Positions 28,787 through 39,463 of a stretch of DNA of 64,000 nucleotides are shown piece by piece. Position 1 is the first letter of the stretch, and each line of letters opens with the position of its first letter. Location: IMG/VR virus record IMGVR_UViG_3300045988_178640, one strand, 5' to 3'. The translations under genes were made by a program, and so were the position numbers. The DNA is from a virus. Under the pieces are notes generated by a model. That model saw nothing but the letters and a program-made list of their open reading frames with translations. It made no database searches and had not been told where the DNA came from.

Positions 28787-29575
28787 TTGAGCCAAGGCAT
28801 TTCAGATAACCGGCTGATATGGGACGAGCAGCCCATTGAGGTAAACGGAATACCACTGCACCCCATACGCATGGAACGCTACATGGAATGGCTTGATTGC
28901 AAGCGGGCGTTGACCGTGAGGCAAAAAACGCTCCCTGCCGCTTACGCGATTATGCCATACCTGAGCGCCCTGTACGCGATGGACTTTGACACAAAAGGCG
29001 CTACCGGGTTTATGGCGCAGATTGCTAGACTGCTTGCCATGGCTACGCAGCAGCCCGTGGAAACCTTTGAGATACGGTGCGACAGCGAGGACATGCGGAA
29101 GCTGACGGCCATTGTGTGCCAAAGCCCGGCACTTACCTTCCGAATTGAACCAAGCCAATTTGCGAAATTTCGCATGGCGATTGCGAGGCAAAACGGAGCC
29201 GAATTGCCGGATGAAGCGCAGAACCCGGAACTGGTGGAAGCGGAAAACGACATTGCGGAACAAAACAGCGTGCCGCTAAAAATGGATATAAACGACATGC
29301 TGGCAAGCGTCGCCTACCAATTCCATGTGAGGGCAAGCGAAATGGCGCAGTGGAGCATACGGGAATTTGAAGCCATGCGGCGAGCCATAGACCGTGACAA
29401 ACGATTTGCCATATGCGCACAGACGGAAGCCGCAGGAGGCAAGTACAAGGGCGGCAACCCGTGCCCCAGCTGGTGCTTTGACCGTGAACGGCAGGGGCAC
29501 CATATGGAGAGCCTGAGCGGATTTAGCGAGCGAACCGGCATGAACGCAAACGTACCGGCGAACAAACCTTCCTGA
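28787..29575 (+). CDS. hypothetical tail-module protein
   Basis: AAAGGAGAGG SD, TTG start. Precedes the major tail gene. Confidence 0.45.
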   Translation: MSQGISDNRLIWDEQPIEVNGIPLHPIRMERYMEWLDCKRALTVRQKTLPAAYAIMPYLSALYAMDFDTKGATGFMAQIARLLAMATQQPVETFEIRCDSEDMRKLTAIVCQSPALTFRIEPSQFAKFRMAIARQNGAELPDEAQNPELVEAENDIAEQNSVPLKMDINDMLASVAYQFHVRASEMAQWSIREFEAMRRAIDRDKRFAICAQTEAAGGKYKGGNPCPSWCFDRERQGHHMESLSGFSERTGMNANVPANKPS

Positions 29576-29596
29576 GAGAAAAGGAGCTGAAAATAA

Positions 29597-30694
29597 ATGG
29601 TTAATTTGATGAACAACTACCTGTACCTGAAAGGCACCTGCAACGTGGTTGTGCGCGACATTGCGAACGGCGACGTGAAGTACCAGGGAACCAAGGTACA
29701 GACCAACCAGATGCAGACGACCTGCGACATGGGTGCGATTCAGGCGGGCATCGGCAACACGACCGTTATCAACATTCCCCACAACTGCGCCCTGAACCTG
29801 AACATGGTGGCTGCCGACTTTAACATGAACATGCGTGCCATGAACGTGGGTACGAACGTGGCGTACAACGGCGTTGCCCCCGTATGCGAGGTTGTGACCG
29901 CCAACGGAACACAGTTGACGGTGACCAAGGCCGCCGCCGCGCCATTTGGCTACCAGACCGCCATTTGCAACGTGGTGGAAGCCGGTGCGACCAACGCCTC
30001 CGGCGAGACGTACACCATTGACGAAAACAAGAACGTGGTCGGGTTTACCGCGACCGCGGGCAAGAATTACACCGTAACATACTTTGCGCAGGAAGCCAGC
30101 GCTGAATACTTTAACGTGAGCAGCGTGTTTGCCCCCGGCATCTACCACGTTACCACCCAGATGGCCGTGTACAGCGCCACCGGAGCCGCCAACGCCATGA
30201 ATGGAACCCATGTGGGCGACCTGTACATCATTGTTCCCCGGATGCAGTTTAGTGGAAAGGCAGACGTTACCGGCGACCAGACCACATCTGGCACCACCGA
30301 CCTGAGCGGTACGGCCCTGACCTATGATGAAGCCGCCGCACAGGGTGTGTGCGCCGACTGCGCCGCGTCCAAGCTGGCCCAGGTGCTGTATGTGCCGCTG
30401 ACCGGTTCTACAGCGTCTGTAAAGGGTCTGGCCGTGATTGGCGGAGGTATGACCCTGGCAAAGGACGCGCAGCTTGCCATTCCCTTTATGTATGTGATGC
30501 CTGACAACACCCTGTACCAGCCCGACTACAGTGAATGCACCTACAGCATTCCTTCCGACGGACAGCAGTACGCCACCGTGAGCGACGCCGGTGTGGTGAG
30601 CGGTGTGGCTGCCGGTGATACGGAAGTGACCGTTACGCTAAAGAGCAATACGGCCATTAAGACCACGGCGACCGTGACCGTAACCGCGTCCTGA
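29597..30694 (+). CDS. major tail protein with C-terminal Ig-like (Big_2) domain
   Basis: 365 aa, ending YATVSDAGVVSGVAAGDTEVTVTL. A strong terminator follows, and the tape measure gene lies downstream. Confidence 0.6.
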   Translation: MVNLMNNYLYLKGTCNVVVRDIANGDVKYQGTKVQTNQMQTTCDMGAIQAGIGNTTVINIPHNCALNLNMVAADFNMNMRAMNVGTNVAYNGVAPVCEVVTANGTQLTVTKAAAAPFGYQTAICNVVEAGATNASGETYTIDENKNVVGFTATAGKNYTVTYFAQEASAEYFNVSSVFAPGIYHVTTQMAVYSATGAANAMNGTHVGDLYIIVPRMQFSGKADVTGDQTTSGTTDLSGTALTYDEAAAQGVCADCAASKLAQVLYVPLTGSTASVKGLAVIGGGMTLAKDAQLAIPFMYVMPDNTLYQPDYSECTYSIPSDGQQYATVSDAGVVSGVAAGDTEVTVTLKSNTAIKTTATVTVTAS

Positions 30695-30703
30695 CGGGCG
30701 CGT

Positions 30704-30771
30704 GCCCCTCTTTACGAGGGGCTATTCAAAGGGAATACAAGCGCTGTTTCTTTTGAATAGCCCCTTTTTTC
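30704..30771 (+). terminator. tandem hairpin rho-independent terminator
   Basis: GCCCCTC-TTTAC-GAGGGGC, then GGGGCTATTCAAA...TTTGAATAGCCCC followed by TTTTTT. Confidence 0.75.
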
Positions 30772-30792
30772 TTAGGAAAGGAGCGTTTTTGC

Positions 30793-31194
30793 GTGAGCTT
30801 GCTGAGCGAAGGAACCGCGATTGTGAACCAGGCCAGAAGCCTTGTAAACCAGGCGCTGGCCGGTGAAATAGCGGAAATGGCGAAAAACGAGATTGCCTAC
30901 ATGGTAGAAGCGGCGGTGTACCCAAGATACACGCCGACGGAGTATGTGCGCCGTGGAACGGCTGGCGGTATTGCGGACAGGGACATGTACGAGGTTACGC
31001 CTGGAGATTTGACGCTGACAGTATCGGACAACCGGCACGAGGTAGGCGTGGTGGAAAGCGGTGTTGGCTACACCTGGGATGGCAGCCGCATTTACCGTTT
31101 GCAACCATTTCCCCGCCCGTACTTTGCGCAGGCGGAGCAGAACACGGCGGAGGACGCCGAACCGATGATACAGCAAATTCTTTCCAGCATTTGA
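30793..31194 (+). CDS. tail-associated protein (HK97 gp10-like?)
   Basis: 133 aa immediately upstream of the tape measure gene; family assignment is weak. Confidence 0.4.
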   Translation: MSLLSEGTAIVNQARSLVNQALAGEIAEMAKNEIAYMVEAAVYPRYTPTEYVRRGTAGGIADRDMYEVTPGDLTLTVSDNRHEVGVVESGVGYTWDGSRIYRLQPFPRPYFAQAEQNTAEDAEPMIQQILSSI

Positions 31195-31208
31195 GCGGGG
31201 TGAGATGA

Positions 31209-34200
31209 GTGGCAGAACTGATTCTTAATGTTTCCCTGAACGACCAGGCCACGGCCGGTCTTAAAGAAATAGACAAGAAAGTGGCGGAACTGGGAGGCAA
31301 GGAAACAAAGCTAAGGGTAGGCGTAGATACAACCGGCGTTACGCAGGGTGCGAGAACGGTTCATAACGCGCTTGCCCAAACCGAAGGAACGATAGGAAAA
31401 ATCAGCATAAGCCTTGCGAACATGCTGAAAATAAAAGCATTCCAGGCCATTACCAGCGAGATACGGTCCTCTTTGACAGAAATGAAGGCCGTAGACGACG
31501 AACTGGTAACGGTGCGCAAGGTTGCCAACGCCACGGATGCGGAACTGAAAAGCCTGAACGACCGGGCATACAACGTGGGCAGTCAGTACGGCATGAAGGC
31601 GAGCGATTATTTGAGCGCCGTGGCCGACTTTACCCGCGCCGGTTACAAGGAACTGGCGGGTGACCTGGGCGAACTGGCCGTAAAGACCCAGCTGGTGGGC
31701 GACGTGAGCCAGAACGTGGCCACGCAGATGCTTCTTTCCGTGGACACGGCCTATCAGTACCAGGGAAGCGTGGAAAAACTGAGCGCCGTGCTGGACGGCA
31801 TGAACGAAATAGACAACAACTTTGCGACCAGTATCGGGAAAATCAGTACCGGTCTTGGCAAGATTGCGCCTATTGCCGCGCAGGCCCATGTGGGCGTGGA
31901 CGAACTATCCGCCGCCATTGGTACGATTACCGCCGTTACCCAGCGCAGCGGCGAAGAAGCGGCGACGGCACTTCGCGCCCTGTTTTTGAACATTATTGGC
32001 GACACCAAAACGGAAATCGCGGACGGCGCTACCTGGACGGCTGGCGAGATTGAGGGTCTACACGACGTGCTGGTGAAGTACGCCCCCGCGGCTGTGGAAG
32101 CGGCTAAGGCTACCGGCGATGTTATTAACCCCATGGAAGCCATTGGCGGTCTGGCCCAGTCCATGAAGGACGGCCTTTTGACCGAGCAGGAGCTTATGTC
32201 CATGGTGAGCGACATTGGCGGCAAACTGCGAACGAGCCAGCTGCTTGCCATTATCCAGAACTGGGACATGTATAAGGATATGCTTACGTCCTTCGGCGCT
32301 GCCGCCGGTAGTGCGGACAAGGAAGTAAGCAACGCCATGGACAGCTGGACGCGGAAAAGCGAGATTTTAAGCAACTCCGTGACCAAGCTGATGAATGACC
32401 TGCTTGATACAAAGGTTATCAAGGGCGGGTTAGATGGCCTTACGAGCATTGTCAATCTTCTTGATACAGCTGGTGGAAAAGCCGTACTGCAAGGCGCTGC
32501 CGTTGCTACGGGGCTGACGGCCATAGCCAAAGCCATAGACATGATTGGCACGGCCTTTAGCAGGCTAAAAGGGCTGGGAACGTTTGGCTGGATTGGCGCT
32601 GCTGTGGCAGGCATTTCGCTGCTGGTGGCGGGATATAACGAACTGTTCCCCAGCCTGGACAAGCTAAACGACCTGGCTGCACAGGCGCAAAAGAACTACG
32701 ACACGGAAAAGGGAAAGCTGGAAGATATTAACAGCGAACTTGCCACAACAGTTGAGCGGATTAACGAACTGGAAGGCCAAGGAACGCTGACCCTGGTTGA
32801 GCAGGCGGAACTGGACAAATTAAAAGAAGTTACAAAAGAGTTACTGCTACAGCAGAGCATTCAGGAATGGAAAACCGAGAACGCGCAAAAAGAAGCGGCC
32901 CTTGCGCAGGCGCAAGTGGCCGAAAAATACGAATATGCCGATGAGGGCAGCGTTAATGAACATGCGAAAAATTTAAGAGAATATCTGTCCAGCATAAGGG
33001 AAACAGAAGGCGAGTTTGCGGCGGCAGAAGCGCTTATCAGCGATGCAACGTCCAAGAGTGACCAGCAAATTGGGCAGCTTACAGCGGATTACCGCGTGCT
33101 GAACGAGTATGTGCAAAGATATTCGCACCTGGCAAAAGATGCTGCCAACGCCGGAGATTATGATTCAGCAGAGGTTTACCAGGATTATGCAAACCGATTC
33201 CGTCAAGAGAGCGAGAACATTGAGGGAAGATTAAAAGAGCAAATCGAGATTTTGGAAACCGGCAAAAAGGCACTGCAAGATTCCTATGACAGCATTGCGA
33301 AAGCACATACGGATTCCAACGGTGATTTGGACTTTACCACCATGACCGACGACGAAAAGAAAATTGTTGCGGCATGGCAAATGTTTGCTTATTCCAGTTT
33401 GCACCTGCAAGACGCGCTTGGTCTGACCCAACAGTATAACGCTGAGATGTCGGACGCTGCGCAACGGTCCAACGAATATGCGAAGAACATAGAAGCGGCG
33501 CGGCAGAGAATTGCCCTTTTAAACACGGCCCTGGGCGAGCTGACGGCGAACCAGAAAATATCCGACGAGACGCAAAAGAAACTGAACGACACGTTCGGCG
33601 AAGGCGCTATCGCCATGGAAGATATGGGCGATGGATGGTGGGCATCAGCCGAAGACCTGAAAAAACGTTTGAATGAGGAAGAAAAGTACCTGGAGGAACA
33701 CCAGGAGCTAAAAAAACAGGCTGACGAAGAAATATCGCCCGACTTTGACACATCCGGCGTAGACGCCTTTACATCCTCCCTGAACGAAGCCAAAAGCGCT
33801 CTTTCCGACCTGCTGAAAGAAATGAACAGCCAGGGTGAGAGCGGCGACCTGTTCCGCGATATACAGGGCATGTACAAAAGCGGAATGGGCAAGTACAGCG
33901 AAGGCAAGGTAAACACCAACCAGTTTAAGACCATGGCCGATTACCTGATTGACCCCAGCAAGAAAAGCGAACTGGGGTACGATTATGAGGCATACGGCGA
34001 ATTTTTGAGCGGGAAACTGGCAAGCGGCCTGCTGAACGCAAAGGATGGCGCGGAGGCAGCCGACTTCCTAGCCAAGAACTTTAGCGAAATAAAGGACGCG
34101 GGCGGGAACGTTGTTGCCACCTTTAAAAAGGTTGGAGACGGCGTAAAAATTACTGCGGACGACCTGGGAAAACTGGCGGAAGCGACGGGTCTTAGCGAAA

Positions 34201-36137
34201 CCTTCTGGCGGGCACTGATGGGCGAAATGGCGGAATACGACCCAAAAAGCACGGTGGAAGGGAACAAAACCGCCGAAACGAGCTTTAAAGACCTGGCAAA
34301 CGCCGTATCGACAACGGAAAACGGCGTGAAGAAGGTAAAATTTACCGATTACGCCAAGGAAGCCGCAAAGGCCGGAAAAAGCGTAAAAGAAATACAGGAT
34401 GACATTGCCAAGCTGGGCAAGGAAGATTCCGGCTTTAAGCTGGAAATGGACGTGGACAGTGCGGACGCAGAATCCACGATACAAAAATTTGTAGAAGAAG
34501 CGCAGGCCGCCAACGACACAACCATTAACCCTACAGCTACGTTAAACGACCAGGCAAGCGGCCCGCTTGCGACCATATCAGGGCAGATGGACGCATTGGA
34601 CGGGCGCACGGTAACGGTCAACGTCATTGCCAATGTAAAGGGTGGCGGGCTTCCGGCTACGTTCTTTTCAGCGGCCCATGCTGCTGGTACAGACGATGCC
34701 GACGCAGGCCCAACGCTGGTAAACGAGTTAGGCCCGGAACTGATTGCCCAGGACGGCAAAGCCTTTATCGCCGGGGGCGGCAAACCCACCATTGTAAACC
34801 TGAAAAAGGGCGCTATTGTATACAACCATTTGGAAACAGAAGCCCTTTTGCAGGGGCAAAAGATGGGCGAAGAAGGCATTGCCAGCAAGGCAGCCGGAAG
34901 CGTTATAGGTAGTGCGAAAAGAAGCAACTGGGGAACAAGCATAACCGTACCGAGCGGGCCAAAACTGAATGGCAAAGGCGGCGGTGGTAAAGGAAGCGGC
35001 AAAGCATCCAGCAGCGAGGAAGAAGAAGAAACGCCCGACTGGTGGAAAATTGTTGAAGATTACTACAAGAGGGCTACCGACGAAGCCAACCGTGCCATAG
35101 ACCGGCTGGATTACCGGCTGGAACTGATAAAAAACGACTGGGACGACCTGAAAGAGCCGCTGGACAAAGAGGTTGACGCGCTGGACCGGGCGAACGACCA
35201 GCTGGACAGGCAAGCGACCCTTCTGGAACGGGAGCGGGACAAACTGACCAAACCGCTGAACGACCAGATAGACGCCATGGAGAAGGCCAAGGACATACAG
35301 GACGAGCAGCTGGAACTGGCCGAGAAGCAGAAAGCGGTTGAGGAAGCCCGAAACGAGCTGCAAAACGCCCAGAACGAGCGCACCATTCGCTACTTTAACA
35401 CCCAGAAGGGCCAATGGGAATGGATGGCCGACAAGGGGCGGGTGAAGGACGCGCAGGACGCGCTTGCGGACGCTGAAAAGGACCTGGCTGACTTCCAGTA
35501 CGACATGCAGATCAAAGCCCTGGAACGTCAGGTGGACGAGATTGAAGGCGCGTACCAAAAGCAGCTGGACGCTATAGAAGAGCAGCAGACGGCAAACGAG
35601 GACCGCATATACGAGCTGGAACAGCAGTTGCAGGCCCTTGAGGACTACTACGAAGCGGCCATGGAGCCGCTGGAAAAGCAGCAGAAAGAACTGGAACGAA
35701 AGCTGGCGGCCATTGAGGAACAGTGGGCCGAGGCGGAAATGCCCTATACCAAACCGGAAGGGAACTTAAGCGACGCCCTGAACAACATAGGGGGCAGCGG
35801 CGAAGAAAACCAGGCGGTACGGGACATTGTGAGCAAGGCGCAGGGGAACGCCGGTGACAGCCTGAGCCAGACCAAAACCGGTGAAACCACGGCCCCCTTT
35901 ACCAAGGAAGCGGCGAAGGCCATACAGGAAGCCCTGTACCGTGAATACGGCATACAGTTTGGAGCCTTTGATTCTTCCAATGCGAGCAGCACGCAGACGG
36001 TCACGCAGGCGCAGAACAACATTGTGAATAACAATGGCACGACGCTGGTTGTGAACGGCATAACCATCAGCGGCGATTTTAAGACCATGACCATCAGCGA
36101 CCTTATCAGCGACCTGGGCATTTACGCGGGCCAGTAA
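31209..36137 (+). CDS. tail tape measure protein
   Basis: 1642 aa, Ala/Gly-rich TM-like central segment, extensive coiled coil, GTG start. Confidence 0.85.
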   Translation: MAELILNVSLNDQATAGLKEIDKKVAELGGKETKLRVGVDTTGVTQGARTVHNALAQTEGTIGKISISLANMLKIKAFQAITSEIRSSLTEMKAVDDELVTVRKVANATDAELKSLNDRAYNVGSQYGMKASDYLSAVADFTRAGYKELAGDLGELAVKTQLVGDVSQNVATQMLLSVDTAYQYQGSVEKLSAVLDGMNEIDNNFATSIGKISTGLGKIAPIAAQAHVGVDELSAAIGTITAVTQRSGEEAATALRALFLNIIGDTKTEIADGATWTAGEIEGLHDVLVKYAPAAVEAAKATGDVINPMEAIGGLAQSMKDGLLTEQELMSMVSDIGGKLRTSQLLAIIQNWDMYKDMLTSFGAAAGSADKEVSNAMDSWTRKSEILSNSVTKLMNDLLDTKVIKGGLDGLTSIVNLLDTAGGKAVLQGAAVATGLTAIAKAIDMIGTAFSRLKGLGTFGWIGAAVAGISLLVAGYNELFPSLDKLNDLAAQAQKNYDTEKGKLEDINSELATTVERINELEGQGTLTLVEQAELDKLKEVTKELLLQQSIQEWKTENAQKEAALAQAQVAEKYEYADEGSVNEHAKNLREYLSSIRETEGEFAAAEALISDATSKSDQQIGQLTADYRVLNEYVQRYSHLAKDAANAGDYDSAEVYQDYANRFRQESENIEGRLKEQIEILETGKKALQDSYDSIAKAHTDSNGDLDFTTMTDDEKKIVAAWQMFAYSSLHLQDALGLTQQYNAEMSDAAQRSNEYAKNIEAARQRIALLNTALGELTANQKISDETQKKLNDTFGEGAIAMEDMGDGWWASAEDLKKRLNEEEKYLEEHQELKKQADEEISPDFDTSGVDAFTSSLNEAKSALSDLLKEMNSQGESGDLFRDIQGMYKSGMGKYSEGKVNTNQFKTMADYLIDPSKKSELGYDYEAYGEFLSGKLASGLLNAKDGAEAADFLAKNFSEIKDAGGNVVATFKKVGDGVKITADDLGKLAEATGLSETFWRALMGEMAEYDPKSTVEGNKTAETSFKDLANAVSTTENGVKKVKFTDYAKEAAKAGKSVKEIQDDIAKLGKEDSGFKLEMDVDSADAESTIQKFVEEAQAANDTTINPTATLNDQASGPLATISGQMDALDGRTVTVNVIANVKGGGLPATFFSAAHAAGTDDADAGPTLVNELGPELIAQDGKAFIAGGGKPTIVNLKKGAIVYNHLETEALLQGQKMGEEGIASKAAGSVIGSAKRSNWGTSITVPSGPKLNGKGGGGKGSGKASSSEEEEETPDWWKIVEDYYKRATDEANRAIDRLDYRLELIKNDWDDLKEPLDKEVDALDRANDQLDRQATLLERERDKLTKPLNDQIDAMEKAKDIQDEQLELAEKQKAVEEARNELQNAQNERTIRYFNTQKGQWEWMADKGRVKDAQDALADAEKDLADFQYDMQIKALERQVDEIEGAYQKQLDAIEEQQTANEDRIYELEQQLQALEDYYEAAMEPLEKQQKELERKLAAIEEQWAEAEMPYTKPEGNLSDALNNIGGSGEENQAVRDIVSKAQGNAGDSLSQTKTGETTAPFTKEAAKAIQEALYREYGIQFGAFDSSNASSTQTVTQAQNNIVNNNGTTLVVNGITISGDFKTMTISDLISDLGIYAGQ

Positions 36138-36156
36138 AGAAGGATGGTGAAACCAT

Positions 36157-38391
36157 ATGGCATTACAACAGCCGACAAACATAACCCCCAGCGCCTTTGC
36201 GGGCGTTGGCGGGGCTGTGTTTGACGCGACCGCCGGGCTGAATGTGAGCTGGCAGGTGAACGGAAGCCCCTACATGCTGGCGTACCGAATTGTGATACAG
36301 GCGGACGGCAACGCCAGCACGCAACTGTACACCACGGGGAAGGTGACCCTTGCGGCCCCCTTTTACGGGGTGAAAGCCAACGGTGATGTGGCGTTTTTTG
36401 CGGCCAATAAAATAACCGCAAGCGACCTTGCCGGGGCGAAGATTACCAACGGCGGGACCTACAAGATGGTAATTACGCAATGGTGGGGCGCTACGGACGA
36501 GGAAAGCGTGACGCAGAGCAGCGCCAGCGTGATAGAAGCCTATTCGCCCCCCAACCTGACCATTGACGCCATTCCGGACCCGCTGCGGGCAAGGCTATAC
36601 ACGTTTACCGCTAGCTACAGCCAGGCGGAGGGCGACCAGATTGAATGGGTGCGCTGGCAGTTTGCCGACCAGAGCAGCGGAAACAAAATACTGAATGACA
36701 CCGGAAACATTTATGGAACCAGCGAACTTGCATATACTTATGATGGTATGTTTACCGGAAGCATTTATGCCGTGAGAGTACAGGTAGGCACGCAAAAAGG
36801 CCAGACGGCGGACAGTGGATGGGTAAGCGTGTACCCGTCCTACCCCATATCCACCCAGACGGGCGATTTGGTAGCTGTGCAGAAATGCGGATGGAACGGC
36901 GTGAACATCAGCTGGCCCAGCGCCAGAAGCACCATAGGCAAAGCAAACGGAGAATACTCCATTGAAAACGGCGTTTTAACCCTGGGGAGCGGTGCGGAAG
37001 TATCCTGGGAAACCATTAACGACAACCCGCTGCTGCTTTCTGCCCCGTACTGCGTTGTATGGGCCGGTAACCCGAAAGACAGCGCAAACGCGACGCCGCT
37101 TTTTTCCATGGCGACGACGACGCAGGAAATAAGCCTGAGCGTTACCAGCGACAGCGGGGGCCTGAGCGCGGTTTTCTCGGCGGATGGAGAAGCGGTGGCG
37201 ACCGTGGCCCTATCGGGAGAAGGCGTAACCCTTGACGGGAACTGGGTATTTATGATAACACCGGAAAAGTTTTACGCCAAATACGACGGGGACGCCATAA
37301 CCACCTGGAACGCCGATATTGCTCACACACAAAGCGCCATTGAAACCATTCGCTTATCCGGCCAGCAGCAATGCGACTATTTATGGGTGGAAAAGGGCCA
37401 ACTTTCCAGCGAAACAATCAACAGCATTCTGACGACGAGCCATTACGAACCCGCATGGGATGAAAGCACCTATTTTATGGCTACGTTTGAGGACGGGCTG
37501 AACGCGGGAAACCTGGACACGACAGGCTATTCCCTATACCGGCTGGATGCCGAGACCAACGAATACACCCACCTGATTGACCTGGCGGTAAGCCAGACCG
37601 GCGCGATAGACTACAGCGCCAAAAACAACCACGAATACAGCTACCAGCTATGGTACACGGACGCGACCACCTACACCCGAAGCCCCATGGTGAGCAATCC
37701 CATTACCCCATGCCGGTGGAACGACATTTTGATTGCGGCAAAGGCGGACGAAAACGGGACGTACCACCCGCAGCAGGTATTTGCCTTTGGATGCAACGTG
37801 GAGACGAGCGAGGAAAAGAACAACAACAACCCCGGCGTGCAGAAAAACTTTACCCAATACCCCAGCTGGATGCCTGAAACCGTGCGATACCGAACAGGCA
37901 CGCTGAAAGCGCTGATAGGCAAGGTGGACAGCACAACCAACCTGTACACCGATACGGCGGCGCTGGCAGATGAAATTATGGCCCTATCCAACACGGAATA
38001 CGCCTTATTCCTGCGGGACAGGAAAGGAAACCTGCGCCGGATACGACCCAGCGGCCCCATTGGCATGAAAATTGAGGACAAGTGGCCGAACCAGGCGGTA
38101 ACGATGGACTTTCCGTGGGTAGAAGTTGGCGCGATGGACGGAATAGGCGTGGTGATGACGGACGAGGACCCGCTGTGGCCTTACGACGCCATACTGGACA
38201 CCACGGTATACATTGACGTGGCGACAGGCGAGCTGATGTGGGTGCATGAGGACGACTACCTGGAAAAGAACCGGGGAAGCGTGCTGACCATTGACACAGG
38301 CAGCAAGCTGATACAGGACTTTGACAGTACGGAAACCGCCATGGCGGATATGTACATTACCAAACAAAACCTGCTGATTGCCGAGCAGTAG
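36157..38391 (+). CDS. distal tail / baseplate protein
   Basis: 744 aa directly after the tape measure gene. Confidence 0.55.
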   Translation: MALQQPTNITPSAFAGVGGAVFDATAGLNVSWQVNGSPYMLAYRIVIQADGNASTQLYTTGKVTLAAPFYGVKANGDVAFFAANKITASDLAGAKITNGGTYKMVITQWWGATDEESVTQSSASVIEAYSPPNLTIDAIPDPLRARLYTFTASYSQAEGDQIEWVRWQFADQSSGNKILNDTGNIYGTSELAYTYDGMFTGSIYAVRVQVGTQKGQTADSGWVSVYPSYPISTQTGDLVAVQKCGWNGVNISWPSARSTIGKANGEYSIENGVLTLGSGAEVSWETINDNPLLLSAPYCVVWAGNPKDSANATPLFSMATTTQEISLSVTSDSGGLSAVFSADGEAVATVALSGEGVTLDGNWVFMITPEKFYAKYDGDAITTWNADIAHTQSAIETIRLSGQQQCDYLWVEKGQLSSETINSILTTSHYEPAWDESTYFMATFEDGLNAGNLDTTGYSLYRLDAETNEYTHLIDLAVSQTGAIDYSAKNNHEYSYQLWYTDATTYTRSPMVSNPITPCRWNDILIAAKADENGTYHPQQVFAFGCNVETSEEKNNNNPGVQKNFTQYPSWMPETVRYRTGTLKALIGKVDSTTNLYTDTAALADEIMALSNTEYALFLRDRKGNLRRIRPSGPIGMKIEDKWPNQAVTMDFPWVEVGAMDGIGVVMTDEDPLWPYDAILDTTVYIDVATGELMWVHEDDYLEKNRGSVLTIDTGSKLIQDFDSTETAMADMYITKQNLLIAEQ

Positions 38392-38410
38392 CAGATAGGA
38401 GCGGACAAGC

Positions 38411-38668
38411 ATGGAAGATAGGAAACAGAACGCCAGGACAAGGCCCCACGAAAACAGGAAAAAGAAAGAAAACGAGGGCGTTTCTTTTACCGAACCAAAG
38501 GCCGTGGAGAACGCGGAGAGAAGCGAAAGCCAGACGTATGTGCGCATGAAAGACGGGAAGGAATACCGGGTTTTGCGCAGGGATGGGATGTACCTGTACT
38601 GCCGTGAGATGCGGATTCGGCACAGCAACGAGAACATTTCTTGTGTATATGAAAAGAAAGAGGGGTAA
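38411..38668 (+). CDS. hypothetical basic protein
   Basis: ORF only. Confidence 0.4.
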   Translation: MEDRKQNARTRPHENRKKKENEGVSFTEPKAVENAERSESQTYVRMKDGKEYRVLRRDGMYLYCREMRIRHSNENISCVYEKKEG

Positions 38669-38671
38669 GGG

Positions 38672-39463
38672 ATGGCCAGCACGGTTCTAGGCAAGGTAGC
38701 CATTACCCTTGGTGGGGAGTACAACCCAAACGCCGTTTACCAAAAACTGACGGCGGTGATAGGTGCGGACGGACAGTGCTATGTGAGCAAAAGCGACAAC
38801 GTTGCGAACGTTTCGCCGGGGGTAACGAACGGATGGGAAAACTATTGGGCGCTGTTCAGCAAGCGGGGAAGCGGCATTACCCGAATTGAAAAGACCGGAA
38901 CGGATAAAAACCTGGACACCTACACCATTTACTACGACGACACCACCCACACCGACACGTTTATTGTGACGAACGGGAACGGTATTGTAAGCATTGTGAA
39001 AACCGGGACAGCCGGGACGGTAGATACCTACACCATAAACTACAGCGACGGAACAACGGGCACATTTACAGTAACGAATGGCGAAGGCATACAGAGCATT
39101 GTAAAAACCAGCACGGTAGGCAGTCTGGACACCTACACCATGACCTTTGGCAACAACCAGACAGCCACGTTTACGGTGAAGAATGCTGTGGTAGGAACGT
39201 ACCAGGCGACATTCCCCGCGTCCGGGTGGAGCGCGTCCGTACCCTACACACAAACCGTTTCCGTACCGGACATTCTATCCACGGACTATCCGCTGGTGGA
39301 CGTGAACATGGACGGGGCCGCGACACAGGCAAGCGGAGACGCGCTGGTGGAAGCATGGGCCATGGTAGGCAGAATATCCACCGCCAGTGGAACGATTACA
39401 GGATATTGCTACGACGAAAAACCAACGGTGAACATACCGATTATCATCAAGGTGGTGAACTAA
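38672..39463 (+). CDS. tail fibre protein with three tandem ~34-aa repeats
   Basis: The repeat GI.SIVKTGT.G.VDTYTI.Y.DGT..TF.VTNG occurs three times. The C-terminal domain is shared with ORF 44101. Confidence 0.6.
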   Translation: MASTVLGKVAITLGGEYNPNAVYQKLTAVIGADGQCYVSKSDNVANVSPGVTNGWENYWALFSKRGSGITRIEKTGTDKNLDTYTIYYDDTTHTDTFIVTNGNGIVSIVKTGTAGTVDTYTINYSDGTTGTFTVTNGEGIQSIVKTSTVGSLDTYTMTFGNNQTATFTVKNAVVGTYQATFPASGWSASVPYTQTVSVPDILSTDYPLVDVNMDGAATQASGDALVEAWAMVGRISTASGTITGYCYDEKPTVNIPIIIKVVN

